64,000 nucleotides of DNA from Chitinophaga pinensis (GCA_945892995.1 CAMDDR010000001.1:5481-69480); one strand, 5' to 3'. Shown: positions 1 to 9,815, numbered from the stretch's first letter. Made by a program: numbers and translations. The notes: generated from the sequence alone by a model not told the origin.

Positions 1-84
1 CACTTTTACCGCATTTGCTAAAGCATCAACACCTCTTTTTAGTTTGTCTCTTGCTTCAACATCAAAATAAATTTGCTTTGACAT
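1..84 (-). CDS. groEL: chaperonin GroEL, first 28 codons only (gene runs off the window start)
   Basis: Reverse complement reads [28 protein letters not shown], a canonical GroEL N-terminus, starting 12 nt downstream of groES. Confidence 0.85.
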   Translation of the reverse strand, partial: MSKQIYFDVEARDKLKRGVDALANAVKV

Positions 85-96
85 CTTTCTTACTTT

Positions 97-378
97 TTAT
101 TTGTTAAAAACTCCATAAATATCTGATTCTTTCATAATCAGATAATTCTTCCCATCAATTTTTATTTCAGTTCCAGAATACTGACCATACAAAACTGAAT
201 CACCAGCTTTTAAAGTCATTGGCTCATCTTTTTTTCCAGAACCAACTGCTATTACTGTTCCATTAAGCGGTTTTTCTTTAGCAGTATCGGGTATAAAAAT
301 ACCACTTGCTGTTTTCTGCTCTGCTGGCGCCGCTTCAATAAGAACTCGGTCTGCCAAAGGATTAAATTTTACTGACAT
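97..378 (-). CDS. groES: co-chaperonin GroES
   Basis: 93 aa; PLADRVLIE...[12 protein letters not shown]...GTVIAVG typical GroES; immediately upstream of groEL. Confidence 0.97.
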   Translation of the reverse strand: MSVKFNPLADRVLIEAAPAEQKTASGIFIPDTAKEKPLNGTVIAVGSGKKDEPMTLKAGDSVLYGQYSGTEIKIDGKNYLIMKESDIYGVFNK

Positions 379-475
379 AATTAATATTTAATATGATTAA
401 ATTGTATTTAAAGTTTTTTCCAATATTATGCCATAATCGAAAAAAGTATAATTTTTCATTTTTTGACCTAATTAG

Positions 476-513
476 AAATAAAAAATGTCAGTATGCGTGA
501 CATACTGACATTT
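476..513 (-). terminator. rho-independent terminator downstream of secG
   Basis: Perfect 11-bp inverted repeat atgtcagtatg (485-495) / catactgacat (501-511) with a 5-nt loop; on the minus strand it is followed by TTTTTATTTC. Confidence 0.65.
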
Positions 514-542
514 AAATAAAATAGTCTTAATTCCTATATGTT

Positions 543-866
543 TTACTGACCACCAGCTGGGGTTTTAGTTTTTCCATCTGCCGGAGCTTGCTGATTTCCA
601 TTCTGCTCTGTCTTAGGTGCTTTTTGTTCGATTGGCTTAGGAGGTTTTGGCTGACGAATCGTAATTAAAATACTAGAAACAACAATAATTCCCGCCAAAG
701 ACCAAGTTAATTTATCAATAAATTCATTTGATTTTTGAACACCGCCAAGTTGAGAAGGGGAACCAAAATCAGAACTAATTCCGCCTCCTTTAGGATTTTG
801 AATATAAACAGCTAAAATAAGTAATATGCTAGATAGAATGATAAGGGCTGAAAGTAGGATATCCAT
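543..866 (-). CDS. secG: preprotein translocase subunit SecG
   Basis: 107 aa, two TM helices, IQNPKGGG motif typical of SecG, Pro/Lys-rich tail. Confidence 0.9.
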   Translation of the reverse strand: MDILLSALIILSSILLILAVYIQNPKGGGISSDFGSPSQLGGVQKSNEFIDKLTWSLAGIIVVSSILITIRQPKPPKPIEQKAPKTEQNGNQQAPADGKTKTPAGGQ

Positions 867-875
867 GGTTAAAAA

Positions 876-1688
876 TTATTTTTTCTTAAGTAAATTTATT
901 TGGGATGCAAAGTAAGGCTTTTTTTTGGGAAAAATCAAACTTAATTGTTCATAAACGTAAATTGCTTTAGGAATATTACCTTGAAGCTCAAAAATTCTTG
1001 CTAAAGTTTCACTAACTGGCATCTTGTTTTCATCAACACTTTCTTTTGCTTTTTTTACAGGGGAGAAAAACTCTTTTTTAGGTTTTTCAAATGTATAAAA
1101 CTCTTGTTTCGGTTCATCAAAATCAAATTCCTCTGAAAAAGCAGCTCTACTATTATTAACTTTTAGCCAAGAGCCAAATGATAAAGATGTTGAATCATCA
1201 ATTTCTGGTTTTTTAGGACTTAACATTTCTTGAGTAGGAAGAAAAATTATTTCGCTACTTACTACTTCAGGTTCTATTTGAGTTAATTCTTTGTCTACGT
1301 AATTTCCTGAAAAGGCTGCAGAAAGAATCTGCTTTTCTAATTCTGATTCTCTACTATCTATCTCTTCAATTAATAATTCTTCAGATGTTATTTCTTGCTG
1401 CGTTTCAATCTCTATGATCTCAGGAATTAAATTCTGCTGTTCTTCATTCTTACAGTGAAGTAAATCGTATAAAACACTTCTAGATTGAATACGAAAAGCG
1501 TGCTTTTCTAACTCAGAATTAAAACGAATATCTTTTGAATTTGATAGTGACTTCAGATAGAGAATTGAGAACGAGGAGGCATAAGGGTATAATTCAATCA
1601 TTGAAGCAAAATGTATTGCATCCTCACTAGAACATGATTGAATATTTGTTAATTTCGAATGAATATATTCACTGTTTAACATTACCAA
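876..1688 (-). CDS. conserved hypothetical protein (acidic middle region, TPR-like C-terminus)
   Basis: 270-aa ORF tightly packed between the lptE-like gene and secG (7-nt overlap upstream, 9-nt gap downstream); no catalytic motif recognised. Confidence 0.6.
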   Translation of the reverse strand: MVMLNSEYIHSKLTNIQSCSSEDAIHFASMIELYPYASSFSILYLKSLSNSKDIRFNSELEKHAFRIQSRSVLYDLLHCKNEEQQNLIPEIIEIETQQEITSEELLIEEIDSRESELEKQILSAAFSGNYVDKELTQIEPEVVSSEIIFLPTQEMLSPKKPEIDDSTSLSFGSWLKVNNSRAAFSEEFDFDEPKQEFYTFEKPKKEFFSPVKKAKESVDENKMPVSETLARIFELQGNIPKAIYVYEQLSLIFPKKKPYFASQINLLKKK

Positions 1689-2191
1689 TTACTTAAAAGT
1701 TTATTAATAACATCCTGAACTATTTGTTCACTTATTTCATCAACTAATTGAGATTCTACGCTAGATAAATTTGTAGAAGCACTGAAATCTGCAAAACGTG
1801 TTGCTGTTAAGTTAATTAAATCCTCCTTAGGTTCAGAAATGAAGATAGAAAATTGCACCGAAATTGTCAAGCGATTTTGTGATGCATTGTCATTTCCTTG
1901 AATTGCTAAAGGCATTACATTATAACTACTTATCAGACCTTCGATATTAACTTCACCCTTACCTAAACGAGTATTTAAAGCCAAACGAGTATTATTTTGA
2001 ATGCCATCTTTTAACTTTTCTGTTAAGGCTGTACTATAACTCAAAGGACAATTTGCAGCATTAATTTCCAATGTTTTAATCGAAAAAGTCTTCCAGGATT
2101 CAGGCATTGAACCTTTATCCTTGAAAGAAATGCTAGTTGGCCAGCAAGAACTCAATAAAGAAAAAAGAAGAAGGACAGCCACAATTTTCAT
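1682..2191 (-). CDS. LptE-like outer-membrane lipoprotein (tentative)
   Basis: 169 aa with lipoprotein signal (LLSSC); ATGA overlap with the upstream sigma-54 activator; call rests on size and synteny only. Confidence 0.5.
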   Translation of the reverse strand: MKIVAVLLLFSLLSSCWPTSISFKDKGSMPESWKTFSIKTLEINAANCPLSYSTALTEKLKDGIQNNTRLALNTRLGKGEVNIEGLISSYNVMPLAIQGNDNASQNRLTISVQFSIFISEPKEDLINLTATRFADFSASTNLSSVESQLVDEISEQIVQDVINKLLSNW

Positions 2192-3429
2192 AAATCGATT
2201 AAATTATACTCTTTAATTTTTCTGTAGAGTGTTCTTTCAGAAATACCCAATTCTCCTGCTGCATATTTTCTTTTACCACGGTGTTTCTCCAGAGCTTTTT
2301 GAATTAATTCTTTTTCTCTGTCTTCCAAAGATAAAGATTCTTCTATCTCTTCGTGCTGTTCAAATGAATCTATGGATTTATCATAAGCAAATTCTGCATC
2401 CTTATCTTTGGCAACGGGGAGCAATCTAGAAGGCGAATCAATCGTTTCATTCACTTCTTGGTACAAGCGATTAATCACCGTGTTTTGTTCTGAACTTAGT
2501 GGCGAATTTCCTCCTTGAGCAATAACATCTAAGACCAATTTCTTCAATTCTGTCAAATCCTTTTTCATATCGAATAAAAACTTGTACATCAACTCTCGCT
2601 CGGAAAAACTATCTTTTTCTTCACCAATTACTGAGGGCATTTTTTCTGTAATAATAGGCATATAGCCACTCAAAATAAAATCATCAATTTCTCTTTCCGT
2701 TTCAATTACAGATAATTGTTCCACTAAGTTTTTTAGTTGACGAATATTACCGGGCCAAGGATAATCTTGAAGAATTTCAACAGCTGATTCAGTAAGTTTA
2801 ATTGCTGGCATTCTGTATTTTTCTGCAAAATCATGCGCAAATTTTCTAAAAATCAAATGAATGTCCTCTTTTCGTTTTCTTAGAGCCGGAAGTTGAATCG
2901 GAACTGTGCTTAAGCGATAGAATAAATCTTCTCGGAACTTTCCAGAAGAAATTGCTTTTTGCATGTTTTCATTCGTTGCAGCTACAACGCGTACATTTGT
3001 TTTTATGGCCTTAGAAGACCCAACTCTAATAAACTCTCCAGTTTCTAGCACCCGAAGTAAACGAACTTGCGTCTGCATCGGTAATTCAGCTACTTCATCT
3101 AAAAATATTGTTCCATTATTTGCTACTTCAAAATAACCTTGACGACTTCCACTTGCACCTGTAAACGAACCTTTTTCGTGTCCAAATAATTCTGAATCAA
3201 TTGTTCCTTCTGGAATCGCGCCGCAATTTACAGCAATATATTCTCCGTGTTTTCTAGCGCTAAGGTGATGAATTACTTGAGGAATAATTTCTTTACCGGT
3301 TCCGCTTTCACCCATAACTAAAACAGAAATATCAGTTGGAGCAACCTGCATGGCAACTTCTAAAGACCTATTTAATAAAGGTGAATTGCCAATGATTCCA
3401 AAACGCTGTTTTACTTGTTGAATCGTCAT
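2188..3429 (-). CDS. sigma-54-dependent transcriptional activator (AAA+ domain plus C-terminal Fis-type HTH, no N-terminal sensory domain)
   Basis: Walker A GESGTGKE, GSFTGA (GAFTGA-type) loop, FLDEV Walker B, C-terminal AAGELGISERTLYRKIKEY HTH; AAA+ core starts within about 30 residues of Met1. Confidence 0.9.
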   Translation of the reverse strand: MTIQQVKQRFGIIGNSPLLNRSLEVAMQVAPTDISVLVMGESGTGKEIIPQVIHHLSARKHGEYIAVNCGAIPEGTIDSELFGHEKGSFTGASGSRQGYFEVANNGTIFLDEVAELPMQTQVRLLRVLETGEFIRVGSSKAIKTNVRVVAATNENMQKAISSGKFREDLFYRLSTVPIQLPALRKRKEDIHLIFRKFAHDFAEKYRMPAIKLTESAVEILQDYPWPGNIRQLKNLVEQLSVIETEREIDDFILSGYMPIITEKMPSVIGEEKDSFSERELMYKFLFDMKKDLTELKKLVLDVIAQGGNSPLSSEQNTVINRLYQEVNETIDSPSRLLPVAKDKDAEFAYDKSIDSFEQHEEIEESLSLEDREKELIQKALEKHRGKRKYAAGELGISERTLYRKIKEYNLIDL

Positions 3430-3430
3430 T

Positions 3431-4873
3431 TTATGAATTTATTGTTATTGCCTCACCTAGTAAAGTTGCAGATGTACAAGAATCTATACGCACCATCACA
3501 TAATCGCCTTTTTGAAAACTTAATTTTGGAAAAATCACCATTGAATTTCTGCTCGTTCTTCCACACAAGTAATCAGATGAACGCTTTGAAAAACCCTCAA
3601 CTAAAACTTTTTGAACGGTTCCAATTTGTTTTTTATTTGACATCAGAGCAAATTCGCGTTGTTTTTCAATTATTTCCTCGAGCCTTCTTCCTTTCACTTC
3701 GTCAGGGACATCATCTGTAAATCTTCTCTCAGCAAGTGTTTTTGGTCGTTCAGAATATTTATACATAAATGCAAAATCAAATTCAACCAAATCCATTAAA
3801 GAAAGAGTATTTTTATGTTCCTCCTCTGTTTCACCACAAAAACCAGAAATAATATCTGTTGTAATTGCACAATTAGGAACTATATTTTGGATAGCGGCGA
3901 TGCGTTCTAAATACCATTCTCTCGTATATCCTCGATTCATTCGAAATAAAACATCAGAATCTCCAGATTGAACTGGAAGATGAATACATGAACAAATATT
4001 CTCATATTTTGCCATTACTATTAAGACATCATCTGTCATGTCTTTTGGGTGAGAAGTACTAAAGCGAATGCGTAAATCAGGAGAAAGTAAAGCTACTCTT
4101 TCCATAAGTTGAGCAAAATTAGTTGTAGGGATATTTTGATCTTTAATTTCACCTTTAGAGGAAATGTTCCAACGATAACTATCGACATTTTGTCCCAATA
4201 AAGTTACTTCTCTATATCCTTTCTCAAATATGTCTTTACATTCATTAACAATACTTTCAGGATCTCTTGATCGTTCTCTGCCTCTTGTAAATGGAACGAC
4301 ACAGAAGGAACACATATTATCACAACCTCTCATTATTGTAACAAAAGCAGAAATTCCACCTTGATCCAATCTGACTGGCGAAATATCAGCATAAGTTTCA
4401 TCACGAGAAAGCAAAACATTTACAGCTTTTTGACCAGTTCCGACTTCTTCCACTAAATTTGGTAGATCGCGGTAAGCATCGGGACCTGCAACTATGTCAA
4501 CAAGTTTCTCTTCCTCAAGAAGTTCAGCTTTTAGCCTTTCTGCCATGCAGCCAAGAATACCAACAATTAAATCAGGATTTTTATCTTTTTTCTTTTTGAA
4601 GTCCGTTAATCGTTGTCGAACTCTTAATTCTGCATTTTCTCGAATCGAACAGGTATTTATTAAAATGATATCAGCTTCATCAACATTACGAGTAGTTTCA
4701 TACCCTTGATTTGACATAATCGAAGCTACAACCTCACTATCTGAAAAATTCATCTGGCAACCATAGCTTTCGAGGTACAATTTCTTCCCATTTATTGCTT
4801 GCTTATCTTTTACAGGATAAAAAGTTGCTTCACCCTGAACTGCCTCATCAATAACTTTATTTTCAATTGACAT
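3431..4873 (-). CDS. miaB: tRNA-2-methylthio-N6-dimethylallyladenosine synthase
   Basis: 480 aa; N-terminal YGCQMN, radical-SAM CxxxCxxC (CDNMCSFC), C-terminal TRAM-like region. Confidence 0.93.
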   Translation of the reverse strand: MSIENKVIDEAVQGEATFYPVKDKQAINGKKLYLESYGCQMNFSDSEVVASIMSNQGYETTRNVDEADIILINTCSIRENAELRVRQRLTDFKKKKDKNPDLIVGILGCMAERLKAELLEEEKLVDIVAGPDAYRDLPNLVEEVGTGQKAVNVLLSRDETYADISPVRLDQGGISAFVTIMRGCDNMCSFCVVPFTRGRERSRDPESIVNECKDIFEKGYREVTLLGQNVDSYRWNISSKGEIKDQNIPTTNFAQLMERVALLSPDLRIRFSTSHPKDMTDDVLIVMAKYENICSCIHLPVQSGDSDVLFRMNRGYTREWYLERIAAIQNIVPNCAITTDIISGFCGETEEEHKNTLSLMDLVEFDFAFMYKYSERPKTLAERRFTDDVPDEVKGRRLEEIIEKQREFALMSNKKQIGTVQKVLVEGFSKRSSDYLCGRTSRNSMVIFPKLSFQKGDYVMVRIDSCTSATLLGEAITINS

Positions 4874-4893
4874 ATATCTTCTAAAATCAAGTG

Positions 4894-4901
4894 CAAAGTT
4901 A
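4894..4901 (-). promoter_or_regulatory. Bacteroidota -7 promoter box (TAACTTTG on minus strand) for miaB
   Basis: Matches TAnnTTTG; 20 nt upstream of the miaB ATG in a divergent intergenic region. Confidence 0.45.
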
Positions 4902-5043
4902 TAAAATATAAAACTTATGACAAAATGTCAGCGTAAAAATATGTTAGCTTTCACACATAGAATAATTGAATAAATAACCACAAGAATAAAAAATAAAATG
5001 AAAAATTAGAACAAAGAGTTTGCGAGTTCAATTATTTTAGATT

Positions 5044-5051
5044 TACATTTG
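5044..5051 (+). promoter_or_regulatory. Bacteroidota -7 promoter box (TACATTTG) for topA
   Basis: Matches TAnnTTTG; 24 nt upstream of the topA ATG. Confidence 0.45.
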
Positions 5052-5075
5052 TGCCTTTCAATTTAAAAAAATTAA

Positions 5076-7397
5076 ATGGCAAAAAATCTTGTAATCGTTG
5101 AGTCACCTGCAAAAGCTAAGACTATCGAAGGGTATTTAGGAAGTGAATTTATCGTAAAATCTAGTTATGGTCATGTTAGAGATCTTGCTAAAAAAGGCCT
5201 AGCAATAGAGATTGACAATAAATTTAACCCACTTTACGAGGTTACTCCAGATAAAAAACAATTAGTTACAGAATTAAAAAAATTAGTCAAAGAATCTGAA
5301 GTAATTTGGTTAGCAACTGATGAGGACCGAGAGGGAGAAGCAATTTCTTGGCATTTGTATGAAACATTAGGACTTAGTAAAAAAGAAACAAAGCGAATTA
5401 CGTTTAATGAAATTACTAAAACAGCTATTTTAAAATCCATTGAAAAACCAAGAAATATAAATAAAGAATTAGTAGATGCGCAACAAGCTCGAAGAATATT
5501 AGATCGAATTGTTGGATTTGAACTTTCACCAGTTTTATGGAAAAAAATTAGACCAAAACTTTCAGCTGGTAGAGTTCAGTCAGTTGCCGTTCGATTAATT
5601 GTTGAAAGGGAAAAAGAGATTCAATCTTTTAGTACAAGTACTTTCTTCAGAGTAAATGGCTTGTTTGAAGCATTAAAAGGAAATTTAAAAACAGAATATT
5701 GCCGACAATTAGCAGATGAAAGCGAAGCAAAAAAACTTTTAGACAGGTGTTTAAAAAGTTCTTTCTTTGTTGAAGAAATCCAACAAAAGCCAGCTACAAA
5801 AACACCATCAGCGCCATTTACCACATCAACTTTGCAACAAGAAGCAAGCTTAAAACTCGGATTTTCTGTTACAAAAACAATGCTTGTTGCACAAAGACTC
5901 TATGAATCTGGTATGATTACCTACATGAGAACAGACTCTGTAAACCTTTCAGAAACAGCAATTCAAGAAGCGAAAAATGCAATCGAAACAAATTACGGGA
6001 TTGATTATTCAAAACCAACAAAATATACAAGTAAAAGTGCCGGAGCACAAGAAGCCCATGAGGCCATCAGGCCTACTGATTTCCTAAGAACATCTATTAC
6101 AGGAGAAAATGACGAAATTCGTTTATATGATCTTGTTTGGAAACGGGCAATATCATCTCAAATGGCACATGCTAAATTGGAACGCACAACCATTAAAATT
6201 GGAGGTTTATATAACGGTGACTATTTCACTGCAAAAGGAGAAGTGATTCGTTTTGATGGTTTTTTAAAAGTATATCTTGAATCTCAAGTTGAAGATGTTG
6301 ATGATGACGAATCAGACGATTCCATTCTTCCAAGTGTTGAACAAAACGAAAAATTAAAGCAAAAAGAAATAACAGCAACAGAAAGATATACACGACCGCC
6401 TGTAAGGTATGTAGAAGCTTCTTTAGTGAAGAAATTAGAGGAATTAGGAATTGGTAGACCATCAACTTATGCACCAACAATTTCAACAATTCAAAAAAGA
6501 GGCTACGTTGAGAAAAAAGAACGAGAAGGAGAACTTAGAAATTTTACCGTTTTAAAATTAAGCAACGAACAAATTAACAGAGAGGTAAAATCTGAAACTA
6601 CCGGAAAAGATAGAAATAAACTTTCGCCTACTGATATTGGAATAGTCGTTACTGATTTTTTAAATCAACATTTTGACCGCATAATGGATTACAATTTTAC
6701 AGCAAAAGTAGAAGCAGAATTTGACGAAATTGCAAAGGGAAAAATTCAATGGACAGATATGATGGCGGAATTTTACGAACCCTTTCATGCAAATGTGACA
6801 AACACCTTGGAAAATTCTGATCGTGCTACAGGAGAAAGAGAATTAGGGATACATCCTGTTTCTGGGCGTAAAATGATTGTAAGAATAGGAAGGTATGGTC
6901 CAATGGTACAAATTGGGGATGAAAAAGAAGATGGTGAAAAAGCACAATTTGCTTCCTTACAAAATAATCAGTCAATCGGATCAATTACACTCGAAGAAGC
7001 CCTCGCTTTATTTAAATTACCAAGAACACTCGGAGAATATAACTCAGAAATAGTAAAGGCAAATGCCGGGCGCTTTGGCCCATACATTCAAGTTGGAAAA
7101 GTATTTGTATCAATCCCTAAAGGAGAAGAACCTATAACTATCGACTTAGATCGCGCAATAGAATTATATATTGAAAAACAAACTGCTGATGCCAATAAAT
7201 TAATTAAAATTTTTGACGAAAGACCAGATGTTCAATTACTCAATGGAAGATATGGTGCCTATCTAAAAATCGGAAAAGACAATTTTAAACTGCCAAAAGA
7301 TACCACTCCAGAAAATTTAAGTGTTGAAGAATGTATTCATATTTCTAAAAATCAAGCACCAAAAACTGCTAAGAAAAAAGTTTTTAGAAAAAAATAA
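5076..7397 (+). CDS. topA: DNA topoisomerase I (type IA)
   Basis: 773 aa; TOPRIM LVIVESPAKAKTI...ATDEDREGE, active-site ITYMRTDS, three Cys-free C-terminal repeats (GRYGPMVQIG, GRFGPYIQVG, GRYGAYLKIG). Confidence 0.96.
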   Translation: MAKNLVIVESPAKAKTIEGYLGSEFIVKSSYGHVRDLAKKGLAIEIDNKFNPLYEVTPDKKQLVTELKKLVKESEVIWLATDEDREGEAISWHLYETLGLSKKETKRITFNEITKTAILKSIEKPRNINKELVDAQQARRILDRIVGFELSPVLWKKIRPKLSAGRVQSVAVRLIVEREKEIQSFSTSTFFRVNGLFEALKGNLKTEYCRQLADESEAKKLLDRCLKSSFFVEEIQQKPATKTPSAPFTTSTLQQEASLKLGFSVTKTMLVAQRLYESGMITYMRTDSVNLSETAIQEAKNAIETNYGIDYSKPTKYTSKSAGAQEAHEAIRPTDFLRTSITGENDEIRLYDLVWKRAISSQMAHAKLERTTIKIGGLYNGDYFTAKGEVIRFDGFLKVYLESQVEDVDDDESDDSILPSVEQNEKLKQKEITATERYTRPPVRYVEASLVKKLEELGIGRPSTYAPTISTIQKRGYVEKKEREGELRNFTVLKLSNEQINREVKSETTGKDRNKLSPTDIGIVVTDFLNQHFDRIMDYNFTAKVEAEFDEIAKGKIQWTDMMAEFYEPFHANVTNTLENSDRATGERELGIHPVSGRKMIVRIGRYGPMVQIGDEKEDGEKAQFASLQNNQSIGSITLEEALALFKLPRTLGEYNSEIVKANAGRFGPYIQVGKVFVSIPKGEEPITIDLDRAIELYIEKQTADANKLIKIFDERPDVQLLNGRYGAYLKIGKDNFKLPKDTTPENLSVEECIHISKNQAPKTAKKKVFRKK

Positions 7398-7422
7398 TCC
7401 GAAATTTATTGTTATTTTTATG

Positions 7423-7430
7423 TAAATTTG
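7423..7430 (+). promoter_or_regulatory. -7 promoter box (TAAATTTG) immediately upstream of ssb
   Basis: Matches TAnnTTTG; only 4 nt before the ssb ATG. Confidence 0.4.
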
Positions 7431-7434
7431 TTTC

Positions 7435-7878
7435 ATGAATGGAACTGTAAATAAGGTAATTCTTATTGGTAATTTAGGGAAAGACCCAGAAATACGTCGC
7501 TTCGAGAATGGTGCTGTTGTTGCAACATTTTCAATTGCCACATCAGAATCATTTACAGACAAAAATTCAGGAGAAAAAAAAGAAATAACTGATTGGCACG
7601 ATATTGTACTTTGGAGAGGATTAGCTGAAATAGCTGAAAAATACATCCGAAAAGGAACAAAAATTTACGTTGAAGGAAAATTAAAAAAGCGATCCTGGCA
7701 AGACAAAGAAGGAAACACAAAATACAATACAGAAGTTATTGGTGAAGAGTTAACCATTCTTTCTCGCTTAGAAATTTCAGATAAAACAGCTGCCCCGTAT
7801 AATTCAAATGGAACTCCAAACCTACCTTCTGACATGCCAGGACTTTCATCGAGTAGCGATGATGATTCCCCATTTTAA
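7435..7878 (+). CDS. ssb: single-stranded DNA-binding protein
   Basis: 147 aa; NKVILIGNLGKDPE OB-fold start, acidic C-terminal tip DDDSPF. Confidence 0.95.
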   Translation: MNGTVNKVILIGNLGKDPEIRRFENGAVVATFSIATSESFTDKNSGEKKEITDWHDIVLWRGLAEIAEKYIRKGTKIYVEGKLKKRSWQDKEGNTKYNTEVIGEELTILSRLEISDKTAAPYNSNGTPNLPSDMPGLSSSSDDDSPF

Positions 7879-7883
7879 TATTT

Positions 7884-9212
7884 ATGACGATAAGCGAACC
7901 TCCCAGTTATGAATTGTATCAAATTGCCGAAGCCGGATTCAGCACAAATAATTATATTTACTTAGGAATTATAGTTCTTTTGCTCCTTGTTTCAGCAATG
8001 ATGTCTGGATCAGAATCGGCTTTTTTTTCTCTTAGACCCCTAGATCGGGAAGAGATTAAACAAGAAAATTCTGCAAAATCAAAATTAATCTCTGACTTAC
8101 TAGCTAAACCTAAGGAACTACTTGCAACTATTTTAATTACAAACAATTTTGTAAATGTTGGAGTTGTTATTTTATCAACTTTTATACTAAACGATTTTTA
8201 CCCTCCAACAAAGGATTTTGAAATTAAAAGATTTCTTCTTGAGGTATTAGGTATAACATTTGTTTTGTTAATGACAGGAGAAGTAATCCCTAAAATTTTT
8301 GCTGCAAAAAATTCTCTAAGAGTTGTTCGGTGGATGGTCTATCCATTAAACATTTTAAGAAAAACACCTCCATTATCTTGGTTGAAAAATCTTTTAGTGA
8401 AAGGTTCTTTTTTTATCCAAAAAAATGCAAAAGGAAAAACTAGTATTACAACAGATGAACTAGAACAGGCTATTGCATTGACGAAAGAAGATAGCGATTC
8501 GGAGGACGATCATAAAATCCTAGAGGGAATTGTGAAATTTGGAAGAACAGAAGCATGTCAAATAATGACACCTAGAATTGAAGTAGATGCAATTGATATA
8601 TCCTCAAATTTTAAGGATGTTTTAGCCTTTATTTTAGAAGCTGGTTACTCGAGAATTCCTGTATTCCAAGACACACAAGATAATGTTGTTGGTATTTTAT
8701 ACATCAAAGATTTACTACCAAATTTAAGTAATCCGGATTATGTGGGGTGGTCTAAAGTTATTAGAAAACCCTTTTTTATCCCTGAAAACAAAAAAATAAA
8801 TGACTTACTACAAGAATTTAAAAATATGAAAATGCATATGGCAATTGTTGTAGATGAATATGGTGGAGCTTGCGGTATAGTTACTTTAGAAGATATTCTA
8901 GAAGAAATTGTTGGTGACATAACAGATGAATTTGATGACGATGAAATTGAATATTCAAAAGTTGATCCATCTACTTTTATTTTTGAAGGAAGAACCTCGC
9001 TAAATGATTTATATAAAGTTTTAGGAATTGATGGACTTGTATTTGAAAATTTAAAGGGTGAAGCTGAAACAATTGGAGGTTTTGTAGTTGAGCAAGCAGG
9101 GAAAATTTTAAAGAATAAGGAATTTATTGAAGTTGAAAATTTCAAAATCATTGTTGAGTCATCAGATAAAAGGAGAGTGAAATCAATAAAGATTCAAGTA
9201 AAATCAAACTAA
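7884..9212 (+). CDS. gldE: gliding motility-associated protein GldE (CNNM/DUF21 TM domain, CBS pair, CorC_HlyC)
   Basis: 442 aa, hemolysin/CorC-like architecture, directly followed by gldD and preceded by ssb as in gliding Flavobacteriia. Confidence 0.85.
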   Translation: MTISEPPSYELYQIAEAGFSTNNYIYLGIIVLLLLVSAMMSGSESAFFSLRPLDREEIKQENSAKSKLISDLLAKPKELLATILITNNFVNVGVVILSTFILNDFYPPTKDFEIKRFLLEVLGITFVLLMTGEVIPKIFAAKNSLRVVRWMVYPLNILRKTPPLSWLKNLLVKGSFFIQKNAKGKTSITTDELEQAIALTKEDSDSEDDHKILEGIVKFGRTEACQIMTPRIEVDAIDISSNFKDVLAFILEAGYSRIPVFQDTQDNVVGILYIKDLLPNLSNPDYVGWSKVIRKPFFIPENKKINDLLQEFKNMKMHMAIVVDEYGGACGIVTLEDILEEIVGDITDEFDDDEIEYSKVDPSTFIFEGRTSLNDLYKVLGIDGLVFENLKGEAETIGGFVVEQAGKILKNKEFIEVENFKIIVESSDKRRVKSIKIQVKSN

Positions 9213-9815
9213 ATGATAAAAAACAATCAAAAATCATTTATTAGAGTTCTTTTGGCTTTCTTGATTTTGAATGCCTATGCTTGCAAAGAACCGGCACCAG
9301 TTCCAAAACCACCGACATACTTAAATATTAATTTTCCAGATCACTCTTATACATATGTAAAAGGCGATTGCCCCTATGAGTTCAAATTAGCATCCTTGTA
9401 TAATTATAAAACAATTCAAAATTCAAAATTCAACTCATGTATTCAAGAAATTAATCTAGGACCTTTAAATGGTAGCTTATTTCTTTATTATATTGCAATA
9501 CCATCAAAAGATTCACTTCCTGATATAATAAATTTGGCAAATGATAAAGTAGATGAACATAAAATTAAAGCTGATAAAATAGAATTTGAGCAAATTATTG
9601 ATGCTAAAAATAGGGTTTTCGGAACCTTTTTTGAGCTAAAGGGAAACGTCGCAACTAATTTTCAGTTTTACTTAACAGATTCAAGTCAGAATTTTGTTCG
9701 TGGAGAAGTGCTATTAAATTGTCGGCCAAACTATGATTCTTTAAGGCCTTCTTTGGATTATCTTAAAGTTGATTTACTTGAAATGGTACATAATTTCAAA
9801 TGGAGGAAAAATTAA
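9213..9815 (+). CDS. gldD: gliding motility lipoprotein GldD
   Basis: 200 aa, lipoprotein signal (NAYAC), PKPPTYLNINFPDHSY...CPYEF resembles the GldD N-terminal signature; adjacent to gldE. Confidence 0.75.
   Translation: MIKNNQKSFIRVLLAFLILNAYACKEPAPVPKPPTYLNINFPDHSYTYVKGDCPYEFKLASLYNYKTIQNSKFNSCIQEINLGPLNGSLFLYYIAIPSKDSLPDIINLANDKVDEHKIKADKIEFEQIIDAKNRVFGTFFELKGNVATNFQFYLTDSSQNFVRGEVLLNCRPNYDSLRPSLDYLKVDLLEMVHNFKWRKN

Noticed and set aside
379-475. Searched the groES upstream region for a CIRCE operator (TTAGCACTC-N9-GAGTGCTAA) or a TAnnTTTG box.
   Set aside because: Neither is present. The heat-shock promoter type here cannot be determined from the sequence alone.
7594-7608. Sigma-54-like sequence TGGCACgatatTGTA, considered because a sigma-54 activator is in the window.
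   Set aside because: It lies inside the ssb coding region. The -12 element is TTGT/TGTA rather than TTGC, the spacing is off by one, and no gene starts downstream.
2229-9151. Shadow ORFs at 2229-2429, 3415-3720, 4494-4709, 5234-5440, 5621-5824, 6226-6489, 7317-7646, 7958-8146 and 8738-9151.
   Set aside because: Each is fully embedded in, or antisense to, a well-supported gene (sigma-54 activator, miaB, topA, ssb, gldE). None shows a motif.
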